Source: Takakia lepidozioides
Lineage: Eukaryota; Plantae; Bryophyta
Length of the DNA: 64,000 nucleotides
NCBI GenBank assembly: GCA_030704615.1
Contig: CM060734.1
Coordinates: 55,428,001-55,492,000, forward strand
Direction of reading: 5' to 3'
Positions 23,305 through 35,980 of the stretch are shown piece after piece; the stretch's first letter is position 1, and each line of letters begins with the position of its first letter. The position numbers and the translations under genes are program-made. The notes under the pieces were generated by a model, which was given only the letters and a program-made list of their open reading frames with translations, did not search any database and had not been told where the DNA came from.

Positions 23305-26300
23305 CATGGGATCGGGCAAGCCAAAGCGAAAGCGGAACGGCCCCAAAGATGATGATCCTGGTGAGCCCAATGGGGACGACGTGTCACCGAGGCGGCCGTT
23401 TGAGGAAGCGATGCATGTTTCCGAAAACGAGGCCGTTCAAGAGTGGGAGGAATCTGAGGAGTTGGAGCTGAGGAATTCCTGAGAGCTCCGACCGACCAAC
23501 AGATGCCTCCCATGCCGGCAGCCTTTTGGGAAGGGTTGTTGCTACAATTTGGCGGGACGTTGAAAGACGTGTTGAAGGCGGCTAATGCCACTTCCACTAA
23601 GGCAAAGTTTAAGGTGAAGCCTAAGGAACCCGGCACCTTCGAGGGCGTCCGAAATCGGAAGGCACTCAACACCTGGCTCTTGGAGCTAGAGCAGTACTTC
23701 CGGGCGGCCAAGTTGAGTGACGAGGATCGGGTGGAAGTGGCTCCCACCTATTTGAGGGGCTATGCTCAGCAATGGTGGCAGAAACGCCTTCACGACCGAG
23801 GTCCAAGCCCGGAAACCTTGAACTGGAGTGGGTTCAAGGAATTGATGAAGAGGCAATTTGTGCCCCTCAACGCGTCCTGGCTCGCCCGGGACAAGATGAG
23901 GAATTTGAAGGAAACAGATGACATTCGGGGCGACCACAGAGCTGTCGGAAGATACCATCAGTCGCTTGGTGGAAGCGGTGGTCGCCAGGACTTGCAAGGT
24001 AGGCAAATTTTCTTGTGAGTTGTATCAGGAAACTGGCGCCTTACGAAAAGGGAGTAAGTTATTGTTCGTGGATGGGATAATATCCGGAACTAACGTGTCG
24101 TTGTTGGTGGATACAGGAGCGTCGCACTCCTTCATGACACCGGCAACGACACAAAAGCTGGGACTCCCGACAAGTGACGTGGGGGCCTCTATTGAGGTGC
24201 GTTCTGCCAAAGGAGAACCGCAATTGGCGACAAGGTTGGCGTTTGATGTTCCTCTTCAACTGGGGAGTTGGGAGGGACGTGAGAACTTCACCATCTGCGA
24301 GATCGATGGAGTGGATCTCATTTTGGGGATGACCTTTTTGAGCAAATCCGGAGCGGTCATAGATGAGAGTAGTCATGTTGCCATGTGGGAATGGTGGCGA
24401 GGTCTTACGAGTCTCGGAAACGCCCAAACCCGTGGGAGGGCGAATAAACCTTCTGTCAGCAAGGGAGTGGGCCGTGGAGGAGGCACACGAGCCCCAGTTT
24501 TTGCTCTACATTAGAGAAGTGAAGGGAGAAGGTGATGGGGAGCCGAGCCCAGATTGGATCAAGGGGATTTTGGAGAAATACCAGGATGTGATGCCGGAGG
24601 ATTTACCAAGTGGCTTGCCACCGCGAAGAGGAGTTGACCACAAGATTGAGGTGATACCGGGATCGGAACCGCCTGCCAAGGCGCCCTACCAGTTGAGCCA
24701 CAGAGAGTTGGTCGAGCTGAAGACTCAGCTCAAAGATCTAATGTCAAAGGGGTACATCCGGCCAAGTAAGTCACCTTACAGAGCCCCGGTGCTATTCGCA
24801 GACAAGAAGGATGGGACGCTGCGGATGTTTGTCGATTACAGGGCTTTGAATAAGGTGACTATAAAAAACCGGTACCCTTTGCCAAGGATCGACGACCTTT
24901 TCGATCGGTTGGCAGGAGCGAAGTATTTCAGCCGGATCGATCTGCGCTCCGGCTATCATCAAATTCGAGTGGCGGAAGGAGATGAGGAGAAGACCGCGTG
25001 CAGGACAAGGTATGGTTCATATGAGTTCTTGGTGATGCCTTTTGGACTCACCAACGCTCCCGCGACCTTAGCACGCTGATGAACAACCTTTTCCAGGAGT
25101 GGTTGGATGACTTTGTGATCGTGTACATCGACGACATCTTGGTGTATTCGAAAACAAAGGAGGAGCACCTGGAGCACCTCAAAAGGGTGTTCCAGAAATT
25201 GCGGGAAGGGAAGCTGTATGCCAAAGCTTCAAAGTGCAAATTTGGGGTCACAAAAGTGGAGTTCCTGGGGCATGTGATTACACAGGATGGGATCAGAATG
25301 GATGACAGGAAGGTGAGGGCAATCTTGGACTGGGAGCCTCCGACTTCGGTCCCGGGAGTGCGATCCTTCCTAGGACTCGCCTCCTATTACCGGAAGTATG
25401 TGAGAAATTTCGCCAAGATTGCGGGGCCGCGGTCGGACCTTCTGTGTAAATCCAAAGTCTGGGCATGGAACACCTTTTGTGGCCAAGCTTTTGCTGAATT
25501 GAAGCAGCGGATGGCGGAAGCTCCAGTCTTGAAAATCCCGGAGTTCGATCGTCCGTTCGAGATACATACAGATGTGTCGGACTTCGCGATTGGGGGTGTA
25601 CTGATGCAAGATGGACGCCCAGTGGCTTACGAAAGTAAGAAACTGAATGAAGTGGAGCGACGGTGGCCGACACACGAGAAAGAGATGAAGGCGGTGGTGC
25701 ACTATCTTGAGCTTTGGCGCCACTATGTTGGTTCCAACCCAGTGAAGGTGTTCACGGACAATGTCATGGTGAAGTATTTTGCCACGCAGCCCAAGTTGTC
25801 CCCAAAACAACTTAGGTAGCAAGATACTTTGGCGGTGTTCGACGTGGATATCCAATACAAACTGGGACGGGACAACGTGGTGGCCGATGCTTTAAGTAGA
25901 AAGCAGCAGCTCTTGTTGGTGTACAGGGGCAAGACGACGCTCCAAAAGAAGATCCGGAAGGCTTGCCGGAAGGATGAGCTAGCGAATTCCGTGATGCAGG
26001 ACTTGAGGATGGGGGTTAAATCGCAGTTCTACTTGCAAAATGGACTGCTCCGGTATAAGCAAAAGCGTCTCTACGTGGCGAAGGGAGGGATAAGAGATAG
26101 CCTCTTGAGAGAATGCCATGATAGCCCGCTTGCGGGCCACGGCGGAGCCAAGCGCACTGCGGCACTCTTGAAGAAAGAGTATTTCTGGCCCAAACTGAGG
26201 GATGAGGCAGAGGAGTATGTCAAAACATGCACCACATGCCAACAAAACCGGAGCGAATACAAAAAGCAAGCGGGGCTGTTACAACCCTTGCCGATTCCAG

Positions 26301-27391
26301 AGGAGACTTGGGAAAGCGTCTCGATGGATTTCATGACTGCTATGTCGCTGTCAAAAGGATTCGATGCAATCATGGTGGTGGTGGATAGGTTTAGTAAAAT
26401 GGCCCATTTCATCCCCACCAAGGAGACGACAACGGCGCAGGAAACAGGGCGACTTTACTTCGCCCACGTCTTAAAGCATCATGGAGTCCCGAAGGATATT
26501 GTCTCGGACCGCGATCCAAAGTTTACGAGTAAATTTTGGAGGGCACTTTGGAAGAAGATGGGGACGAGGCTGAAGATGAGCACCGCCTTCCGACCTACAA
26601 CCGACGGCCAAACGGAAAGACTGAATTCCGTAGTGAAGCAGATCTTGCGGAATTACGTGTCGGCAGACCAAACAGACTGGGTGGAACACTTAGACGAGAC
26701 AGAGTTCTGTTATAATAACACAGAACACTCCGCAACGGGAGTTTCCCCTTTCGTATTGGTTTATGGAAAAGCACCTCTGGTGCCGACAAGTTGGGCCGCC
26801 CAGGACGTTGAGGAACCGGCAGTAGCGGCGGTACTGGAAGAACGCGAGCGTTTGTTGAAGCTCGCAAAGTACAACATTGCCAAAGCTAGGAAACGGTATG
26901 AAAGGCAGGTGAATCGGAAGCGGAGGGAAGTGAAGTTTGAGGCAGGCACGGAGGTCTGGTTGAACATCAAAAAATTTCGACTACCTCCGGAAGTGAGTCC
27001 AAAGTTCGTACCTCCGTATGCGGGACCCTTTCGCATCCGGAAGGTTATGTATGAGGATGTGTATGAATTGGAGCTGCCGGCAAACAGCAAGGTGCATCCA
27101 GTATTCCACGTCTCCCTTTTGAAGCCTTACTTCAAAGATGAAGCGCGTCCGAATCGGCATCAAGTATTGCGTCCGCCACCTGTGCTGTTGGATCATGAAA
27201 ATGAACCTAAGTACGAGGTGGAGGCAATACTTAAGTCGAGGAGGTTCAAGAACCGAGAAACGGAGTATCTCGTCAAATGGAAGGGCTATCATCATGTGGA
27301 GGCATTTTGGGTGCGTGCCTCAGAAATGGGAAACGCATCCGAGGCGGTTGCAGTTTTCGAAGGGCGACCTCAAAAGCGAAAGAAGCGTTGA
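23305..27391 (+). pseudogene. gag-pol polyprotein (gag, aspartic protease, RT, RNaseH, integrase, chromodomain) with frameshifts and stops
   Basis: ORFs 23503-24018, 23918-24514, 24363-25079, 25079-25819 and 25829-27391; a TAG at 25817-25819 replaces the conserved Trp of RW. Confidence 0.93.
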
Positions 27392-27953
27392 TGGGGACAT
27401 CAACCTTGGAGCGTGGGGGAGGAAATGCATGCTTAGCCCGGCTTAGCTAGCTTAGGAATCCGATTGCAAAAACTTGTATTGTACAAAAATTTGTAATAAA
27501 GGAAATGGGTTCCAAATGTTGTGCGTCCTATTTTGTTTGGAATGGTGATGCATGGTGTGGTTGGCTAGTATGTAGAATGCATGCTAGCTTACAAAAGTGG
27601 GAGAGGTAAATTGGGTTAATCGTGTGTTTGTGCAGTGCCGAAATCGAGTGACTCCCATCCAAGGGGCAAAGAAACTTGCGCCTTCTTTAGGAGTTCACGT
27701 GCTAGTGCGCACCTGGCGCGTGCACATACTATAACTGCGCTACCGAGGGGTTTGCTTTGTAGTGCGGGCTAACGCGGAAGCTACGTGCTTCCGTTCACGT
27801 ACTATAATCGTGTAGCCTCGGGACGAAGTCGTAGTGCGGCTTCGGCGTGTTCCCGTACCTCAGGCCAACATTTAAAGACGGACCCAATTGTAGTGATTGG
27901 GGCGCGCGGTTGGTTCAAGGTTATCTTCCTAGTCAAAAGAGGGTTCCAATTCA

Positions 27954-29015
27954 CGGGGATCCACCTAGTGAGCGCCTCCGCCTCCTTGAGTGCCTTGGGC
28001 ACTCAAGGGTGCTTCAGCCCCCCATACCTATCGCTGCCACTGCCCCCACCACAGGGGCAGCCCCTCTTGTGTCCCGACCCCCTGCCCTCAAGGCAAAGGG
28101 CCACGACACACACCCCTACCAATAGGGAGTCGATGTCCTCATCGGCTTGTCCATTTTGTGGAAACGAACATCCAAGTTGTGGCGTCCCACATCAAGGAGT
28201 TTGTTTCCGTACCATGGCGTCCCATGACAAAGAACCAAACCCCACACTTGACTCTACTCTCCACTAGCTAGTTCGGCCGACTTCCTCCAAGTCCCAGCCA
28301 AGGGTGGAGCCTCTCAAGCTCCTCCCAGTGCACTCTTTTTGGCCTACTTCAAGGCCAAGGAACGATCCTCCCCGAGGATCGAATCGCCTTACTGCAACAA
28401 CATTGCTTGCGACCGCTCATGATGCCGCTTTTGGCATCACCTTGAGCAAGGGTTTGCGGTGGGGGTGGCTCCACAAGGGGTGGTGGTAGCTTAGTGGGAC
28501 TTAGTGGGGGTGGCATAGGACTCACCCTGGGGCGGAGACCTCGTGGTGGGAGTCGTGGGGAGTCTTGGGACTCATCACGGTCCATAGGGGCCATGGTGGG
28601 TGGGCCAAGACTCACCGCGACTCATCACCGGGAGTCGAGGGTGTTCGTGGTGGTTCGCCATAAAATGGCATGGTTGTTTGTGAAACCCCCGCGGACAGCT
28701 ACAAAAGTATATATAGGGAGTAGTAACCCCGAGAACGGTGCAAGCCCGTTGGTGACCAAAAACTAGTGAGTAAGCGAGCGAGCCGGAAAGCGACCAAAGA
28801 GTGGGGAGCTGTTCCGGACTGCCAACTACCAAAGGGAATTCCGCTGGTTCCGAATCGTTGGAGGGTTCTTTGGGAGAACAAAAGGGAGACCGTTATGCCC
28901 CGGTGAGCAGTCGAAGCTCCGAGTTGGCCCGGCGGCCAGGTTGGGAGTTAGGCGCGCGCATCAGACGAGTAACTATGACTTGAGGGGGGAGCTCACCGAA
29001 GTGAGGTGCGCGACA
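27954..29015. repeat. 3' LTR, split: first ~155 bp inverted (27954-28108), remainder direct (28450-29015)
   Basis: 27954-28108 is the reverse complement of about 22525-22679. The PPT-like GGTAGGGGTGTG lies on the minus strand at 28109-28120. Confidence 0.9.
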
Positions 29016-29020
29016 TAGTG

Positions 29021-29790
29021 TCACCTTGTGTCTTGTCTAACTCCTCTTAGTCCATTTTATACTTAGCCTCATTTGGAATAAGTCAAATTTTGAGACCAAG
29101 TGTGAGTCACGCCGAGTAGAGTTACACTCTCTTCCATGTAATCTAGTGTAACCCCGAATGGAGTTACATTCACTACGATGTAACCCGATGTACCCCCAAG
29201 TGGAGTTACCGCACCTTGTGTCTTATATAACTCATCGTAGTCCATTGGAATTAGTCAAATTTTGAGACCAAATGTGAGTTACGTCGAGTAGAGTTAGACT
29301 CCTTTCCATCTAATCCAGTGTAACCCCGAATGGAGTTACTCTCCCTGCCATGTAACCTGGTATAACCCCAAGTGGAGTTGGTGTCACCCTATATCTTATA
29401 TAACTCCTCTTAGTCCATTCCATACTTAGTCAAATTTGAAATTAGTCAAATTTTGAGACCAAGTGTGAGTTATGTCGAGTAGAGTTACCCTCCCCGCCAT
29501 GTAACCCGGTGTACTCTCAAGTGGAGTTATACTCCCTGCCGTGTAACCCGGTGTAATCTCAAGTGGAGTTATACTCCCCTTGTAACCCGGTATAACACCA
29601 AGTGTAGTTACACTTCCCACCATGTAACCTAGTGTAACCCCAAGTGCAGTTTACACTCCCTCTGTAACCCGGTATAACCCCAAGTGTAGTTACACTTCCA
29701 CCATGTAACCTAGTGTAACCCCAAGTGCAGTTTACACTCCCTCCCATGCAACCCAGTATCACCTCGACTAGAGTTACACTTCCTTAATTT
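29021..29790. repeat. Degenerate minisatellite (units ~40-45 bp within a ~125-bp higher-order unit; gtaacccc..agtggagttacactcc)
   Basis: Repeated gtaacc/gagttac motifs; the same array occurs at 12720-13105 and 22140-22524. Confidence 0.85.
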
Positions 29791-32119
29791 CCATGTCACT
29801 CTCGATAGAGCGTTGGGAGATTTGACACGCAAAAACCTACATACCTTTTTGACATAGATTGCACATGTGCATTAAGTTCTTACATTATTCCTAGTGTGTG
29901 TGTATATATATATATAGCTCTCATATAGCTCCCACGTGGTGATATTTCATGAGGAAATGTTGACGTGATTTGCATTTGGTGAGCATGACCCGTGACGTAA
30001 CATGTCATATCATCACAATTCAGAGTTTGGAAGAATTGTATTAAACATCCAAGTGGTGACATTTCATGAGAAAATGTCGATGGGACTTGCCTCTGTGACA
30101 ATGTCACTGCATCACAATTTAGAGTTCCCGAACTAAAAGTATACACACTATCCCATGAAGATAGGATTGGACCATTCGTGACTCACCTAGACAGTATTAT
30201 GTAATCTGAGGCCATGTCACTCTATTGTATCTAGACTTTCTATCTTACATGAATACTTGAGAACAAATTCTTATATACTTTTGACTTCTGGATGTCGTAA
30301 AGGTTCTCGAACTTTTCCCCTTTGTGTTTTTAGGGATCTTCTGGAGCAGAATTTTCCGATGGGGGGTCTTACAGGCCAGAAATCCCCTGTAAGACATATC
30401 TCCCGCGTAAGATATCTCATGGGGACTACCCTGTAAGGCTGGGCCCATTCTTTTCCCCTTTCCAGGGCTGGGCTCTACTGGGTGATTGCTAATAAGTACC
30501 CAGAGGGTGGCCTTTATGACTACTCCCGGGTTTCGAGTGCGGAATTCTGTGATAAGAGCCCCCAAGTTTACCTAAACACCGTAATTCCACCTCCTATAAT
30601 CCCTGTGTCTCATTGATGGACGCTATCTCCATCCCTTTCACGGCGAGTCTTGATGTTTTCCTAAAAATGGTGTGATCTAAAAGCCATACAGATGAACAAC
30701 TGTAATGAAATGTGCAGATTCCCCCAGCTACCTGAGTTGTGCGAGCTAATTCTGCAGACCATAAGATCTATTGTCGTCTGTGAGCTCGCGATGTTTTGTA
30801 TCAGGAAGGGATTAATCAGTGCATGAAAGAAGTGGGCACAGGTCTAATACTTGCAGATACATATCACAGAAGGGCAAATCAAATTCCCAAAGAATACCTT
30901 GTTTCCAGTGTATGTACGGCTCTGAGTCTGTAAAAGACAGGCTACCGTAAACGTCGCTTGCATAAAATAAAATCCTTGTATTTTTGGTTGTCTTACACAT
31001 GTGAACCCTAACGCCCCCAGGAGCAGTTGAATTACGCGATGGAACGTAACCGGAATTTGCGGAGTGGCATTTCATCTTGTAAGGCCACTCCTACCACCAT
31101 TCCCGCATTCCGTGTCTTTCCAGCATCTTTCCGAGATCAGACGAACCAAAGGAAGCGGAAGCAAAGAAGATGCCACAGTGGGGGAAGAAGCCTAAAAGAA
31201 GTCTGGGCGCCTAAAAGAAGGGACACGTGGAGAGCTTTTATTCATGTAACGTTTACGCAAGGTAAGGGCGCCGTCACACGATTACACCACGGGTCACTCG
31301 GGCTCCGCCCTCGTTCCCACTGGCTTAAACGTGTGACAACCCTTGCGTGAGGCCCTTACCCTACACATTTCAAATCATCCAATTCATGTTTATACTTCTT
31401 TTTTTCTTTTTTTCTTTTCCTTCAGTTTTTGAATTTCTTTGTTGCCTCTCATTTTTTAATAATTGGGACTTGAATGCATCTATGGGCCCCGCCAGTACGG
31501 CCCATGGGATGAGCTCATGAACCCACCCCCCTTTCACCTAGAAATGTTTTTCGCGTAATGGCTCCTCGTCATATTAACATAAAATATTATCAAGCATTTG
31601 GAATAGGTGAGATATGACAATATTTTGAGACATTAGTTTGAAGGCCAATTATATAGATTTGTGATCATTCCCAATAGGCTTTTATACCACCATATATGCA
31701 TTGTTGATTTTCATTGGCATTTGTCCATTAACTGTGGATTGTAGTAGCCTTAGAAATTCATTTGAAATTCATTATTATTATTATTTTATATTTTCAAAAT
31801 TATTTTGATTTTCTTCGTGATTGTATTCTTCATTAGATACATGTGAGTATCATTTTCATCTAGCAGCAAATATGACTAATTTATGCTTCTCTTTATGGAA
31901 TATTAACAAAGCCAATATAATCAATTTCGGATATTTTTCGGACTTACAGTCGGATTTATATTCTAACGATATTTTAAGAGTAATGCAACAGTAGCTTCCA
32001 CATGTGGCAAAGAGATAAAAATGATTGTGTTCCTTTGCCACAAAAAGTTACCGTTTGATTGTTCTTGAAATGTCGTGTACAATATAAATCTCTATATTTG
32101 TACGAAGTTTGATAATCTT

Positions 32120-32822
32120 ATTGGAAGTTGAGGCTTCGAATGCAGAGAGCAACGAAATCATGTTTGAAGGCAGCTTCGGAAATCAGAATGCTCAAATCAC
32201 TGCGTGATCCCAAGATCAAAGTGTTGGACACTACCAATGCCTGCAGAAACCTATAAATCATTTGAATCAAGAACCAAGAGCCGAAGGATTTTCTCCAACT
32301 CTAAGCAAGTCCAAGATTTTACCGCTCCTCGAGGAACTCGGCGCTAGAGGAGGGGATGATGTCACGGACATAGCCCAGAGGAACTTATCAGGAATAAATA
32401 CCAAAAATTACCAAGTTATCATGTTCCCAAAAATTATCGTGATTTATCAATATCTACCATGATTTACCATAAATTATCATTAGTTACCAAGTTACTGGAA
32501 GTTTACCAAATTATCGAGAGTAACTTGGAAACTGCTCAGGAATCTTCTTTTGTCTAAGGAAACTTCTCCATCAAGATACCTCCTTAGTTTAAGGAAACTT
32601 CTTCATCAAGAAACCTTTGTTTAAGGAAACTTCTCCATCAAGAAACATTTATTTAATCTTGGAAACTTCTCTATCAAAAAACCTCCATTAGGAAAGCCTC
32701 TTAAGGAACCTCATAGTAGAAAGTACATATAGGAGGTGAGACTGGACACTCTTCAGTCTTGCCAACACAAGTTCAAGCTTCTGATATCTTGTTTGTATTC
32801 AATTATGTTCTCGTCCTTGACA
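32120..32822 (+). mobile_element. 3' fragment of LTR family B (internal tail, PPT, LTR 32360-32822)
   Basis: Homologous to 58665-59548; PPT agaggaggggatga, then TGTCACGGAC...GTCCTTGACA. Confidence 0.88.
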
Positions 32823-33491
32823 TCTACAACCTCTGGTGACATCTACAACCTCTGCTATAATCAGCCTCACGTGCCATTTATGGGACGGTTTATCAATTTC
32901 ACTGCACATTCAAGAAGCTTGCACGGCAAAACACCGGTGGACCCAGAAATTATTAAATGACTGCAAGTGACGGATATCAACAAAGCTCTCGCCAACACAG
33001 TTGAAACGATCCAATCTCAGAGATCCTCCACCAACTTGAAGGGATCGTTAAAAGACGAACTGCTCTCCATTGTCGCACAGTAGCATGAACAGCACACGCA
33101 GCAAATCGCAAATTTTCAGCACACCGTGGTGCAGGAGCTCAAATCACTACAAGAGATGAGCGTTTTTAGGACTACGGCTTTTGTGGAGTCATAAAAACGG
33201 CATTAGGTACACGACTACAGAATGTTGAAATGCGTTGCAGTCATAGTTTTATCACTCTGTAGTAATTGATATCACTACATAACTCCGGAAAAGTAGGGAG
33301 CATTGGTCAAACATTGTTGACCACGATAACAAGGATGTTTTATATGACTCGCGTCATATGGAGGACTACACGTGGATGAATTTTCCTAGAAATGACTTCA
33401 TGACTGATTTGGTTTCACAACTCTAATTATACAACTGCATCACTACACGTGTCATTTTGAAGGCACATACACGAATGTATTCATCCATTGG

Positions 33492-34000
33492 CAGGGATGC
33501 CTCGGCGTGAGCCTGGTCGCGTGAGCGCGTGAGCGCAACTGCGCTCACGCCACGTCACCTTGCGCCAACGCCACATCACGGGGTTCACTCCACGTCACCG
33601 CGCTTGAAGGCCCCGTCACCACGCATCAAGGAAGAAGTGGAGTGTATTACCGCGGAAGAGCACCCTTCACCTCGGAAACAAGCTGGACGACATAATAAAA
33701 GGACGTGGTCAATCCCACCTGAAAGCAACAGATGATTGAAGGATGGATGAATGTAGAGTGGATGATAAACAGATGGATGAGTGTGAAAAATGAAAGTAGA
33801 TGGATGAATGTGGGATGGGTAATAGTAAAATGGATGAATGTATAATGGATGTTGAATAATGGAAAACATTCATGACTGGAGGATACATGAATACTCTGTA
33901 GATGAATGCACAATGTATATGACATGAGTGTGGTAGGTTTGTGGGGTGGATTACAGAGTACAGTGGATGAATGTATACTTGATGTTTAATAAAGGAAAAC
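33492..34000 (-). mobile_element. Isolated terminal fragment of the ParB-MTase transposon family, inverted relative to 20690-21200
   Basis: Starts CAGGGATGCCTCGGCGTGAGCCTGGTC; perfect 11-bp-stem hairpin GCGTGAGCGCA-AC-TGCGCTCACGC at 33527-33550; GGATG-rich subterminal repeats. Confidence 0.88.
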
Positions 34001-34529
34001 TCAAAGTGAAAGTTTTTACTATAATTTTACTAACAAGTGTTCAAACCAGCCCAATGGTAATATATTTTACTACCACTATCAAATGTTTGTCTACGTGGTG
34101 TTTTGGTTTTCTAGACAAGCCTGGTAGGAGGATTTTAGCCTCTGACCTAGAATGAATCGAAGTGCAAAAACTGAAAAAATCAAAAAGTTGCTAATAAGGT
34201 TGCCCATTAGGGTAATCGGGAACACAGATGAGGGTTGGGACTTGGCGTTTTTTTGTCTCCTGCGCCACACCATGTAGTCGAGGGATGGAACGCGATGATT
34301 GCAGGATATGCAGGGGCGTGGGATTGAGGTGTTGAGCAAATGATGCAGGAAAGAGAAGAGGAGGAGGAGATGAGACGAGGAGAAGCTCGCAACATTCTTG
34401 CGAGCTCGCCGTTCTTGGGAGAGTCAGCGTGGTCTTAGCAGTCCGTGTTTCAATCTCTGCCTACTCAGCTGCGCCGTGGTCGTTCGATCTCACAGACCAA
34501 TCCGACATTACCTGACTACAGACACAAGC

Positions 34530-35980
34530 AGCACACACAAGTGGTCATTTTGGGTTGATGGTCGGTCAAGTCATGACACAAGCTCAAGGACAATGTGGTG
34601 AGGGCACCTTCTTCTTTGACCTATTTCAGCCTGTTTTGCCCTCTCACATCATGTTTGTGTGCATTGCAATGCTTGTGCAAGTCTGGCAGCCCTTGAGAAG
34701 GGCAAAGAGGTGCATGGGGATATCATCAAAGCTGGAATTGTACCTAAGGTCATTCTAAACACTGCCCTGGCAAATCTGGAAAAGGGGAAGGAGGTCCATG
34801 GTGACATCTTCAGAGCTGGAATTGTACCAAATGTCATTTTGAACAATACCCTAGTGGACATATATGCAAAATGTGGGTGCATCGAGGATGCAAAGGGAGT
34901 GTTCAACACTATGGCTGAACGAGATGTGGTGTCATGGAGTGCAATGCTTGCAGGGTATGCACAACAGGGACGTGGGATGGAGGCTTTCGAGAACTATGAC
35001 CAAATGATGGGGGAATGGGTTCAACCCGGGCACATCATGTTTGTGTGCATTGCTGGCAGCCCTGGAGAAGGGCAAAGAGGTGCATGGGGATATCATCAAA
35101 GCTGGAATTGTACCTAATGTCATTCTAAACACTGCCCTGGCAGCTTTGGAAAGGGGGAAGGAGGTCCATGGTGACATCTTCAGAGCTGGAATTGTACCAA
35201 ATGTCATTTTGAACAATACCCTAGTGGACATGTATGCAAAATGTGGATGCATCGAGGATGCAAAGGGAGTGTTCAACACTATGGCTGAACAAGATGTGGT
35301 GTCGTGGAGTGCGATGCTTGCAGGGTATGCAAAGCAGGGACGTGGGATGGAGGCTTTGGAGACCTATGAGCAAATGATGGGGGAAGGGGTTCAGCCCGGC
35401 CACATCATGTTTGTGTGCATTGCAGGCTGGCAGCCCTGGAGAAGGGCAAAGAGGTGCATGGGGATATCATCAAAGCTGGAATTGTACCTAATGTCATTCT
35501 AAACACTGCCCTGGTAGCTGTGGAAAAGGGGAAGGAGGTCCATGGTGACATCTTCAGAGCTGGAATTGTACCAAATGTCATTTTGAACAATACCCTAATG
35601 GACATGTATGCAAAATGTGGGTGCATCGAGGATGCAAAAGGAGTGTTCAACACTATGGCTGAACGAGATGTGGTGTCGTGGAGTGCGATGCTTGCAGGGT
35701 ATGCACAACAGGGACGTGGGATGGAGGCTTTGGAGACCTATGAGCAAATGATAGGGGAAGGGGTTCAGCCCGGCCACATCATGTTTGTGTGCATTGCAAG
35801 CCTGGCAGCCCTGATTTAAATCAGGCACCTCAACCATGACCACAGCTTCTAAAAGAGGATCAAGAGCGGGAGTCCATAATGCCTCTTCTGGCTCTTCTGG
35901 GCATGTGAAGATGCTTTGTGAGACAGGCAGACTGAAAGAGGCTCCACAACCCTTAAACCAAGGAGCATGGCGGAAGTAGC
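34530..35980 (+). pseudogene. Tandem array of PLS-class PPR gene fragments (three units of 386, 370 and 374 bp)
   Basis: Each unit reads LVDMYAKCGCIEDAKGVFNTMAERDVVSWSAMLAGYAQQGRGMEAL...; unit starts cacatcatgtttgtgtgc at 34645, 35031, 35401 and 35775; the frame breaks at every junction. Confidence 0.9.

Larger units (their letters stand above)
22525..29015 (+). mobile_element. Ty3/Gypsy chromovirus LTR retrotransposon, full length, decayed
   Basis: TG...CA termini; 5-bp TSD TAGTG (22520-22524 and 29016-29020); PBS; gag; protease LVDTGASH; RT YIDD; RNaseH; integrase (GH..C..C, DD35E, GPF); chromodomain YEVEAIL...YLVKWKGY. Confidence 0.96.
21971..29885. mobile_element. Non-autonomous TIR element with TA TSD (Tc1/mariner-Stowaway-like), ~1.4 kb net, with an internal GTAACCC/GAGTTACAC minisatellite; hosts the chromovirus
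   Basis: Left end atgtaagaacttaatgcacgtgtgcaatct (21971) is the reverse complement of right end agattgcacatgtgcattaagttcttacat (ends 29885) apart from one mismatch; TA on both flanks. A truncated copy lies at 12541-13105. Confidence 0.75.

Noticed and set aside
29021-29790. Regular short repeats resembling a CRISPR array
   Set aside because: No unique spacers, the units are degenerate, there are no cas genes and the context is eukaryotic; it is a minisatellite.
30245-31360. GC-richer segment with short inverted motifs (ggtaagggc / gcccttacc)
   Set aside because: No clear TIR/TSD pair or coding signal could be established by eye.
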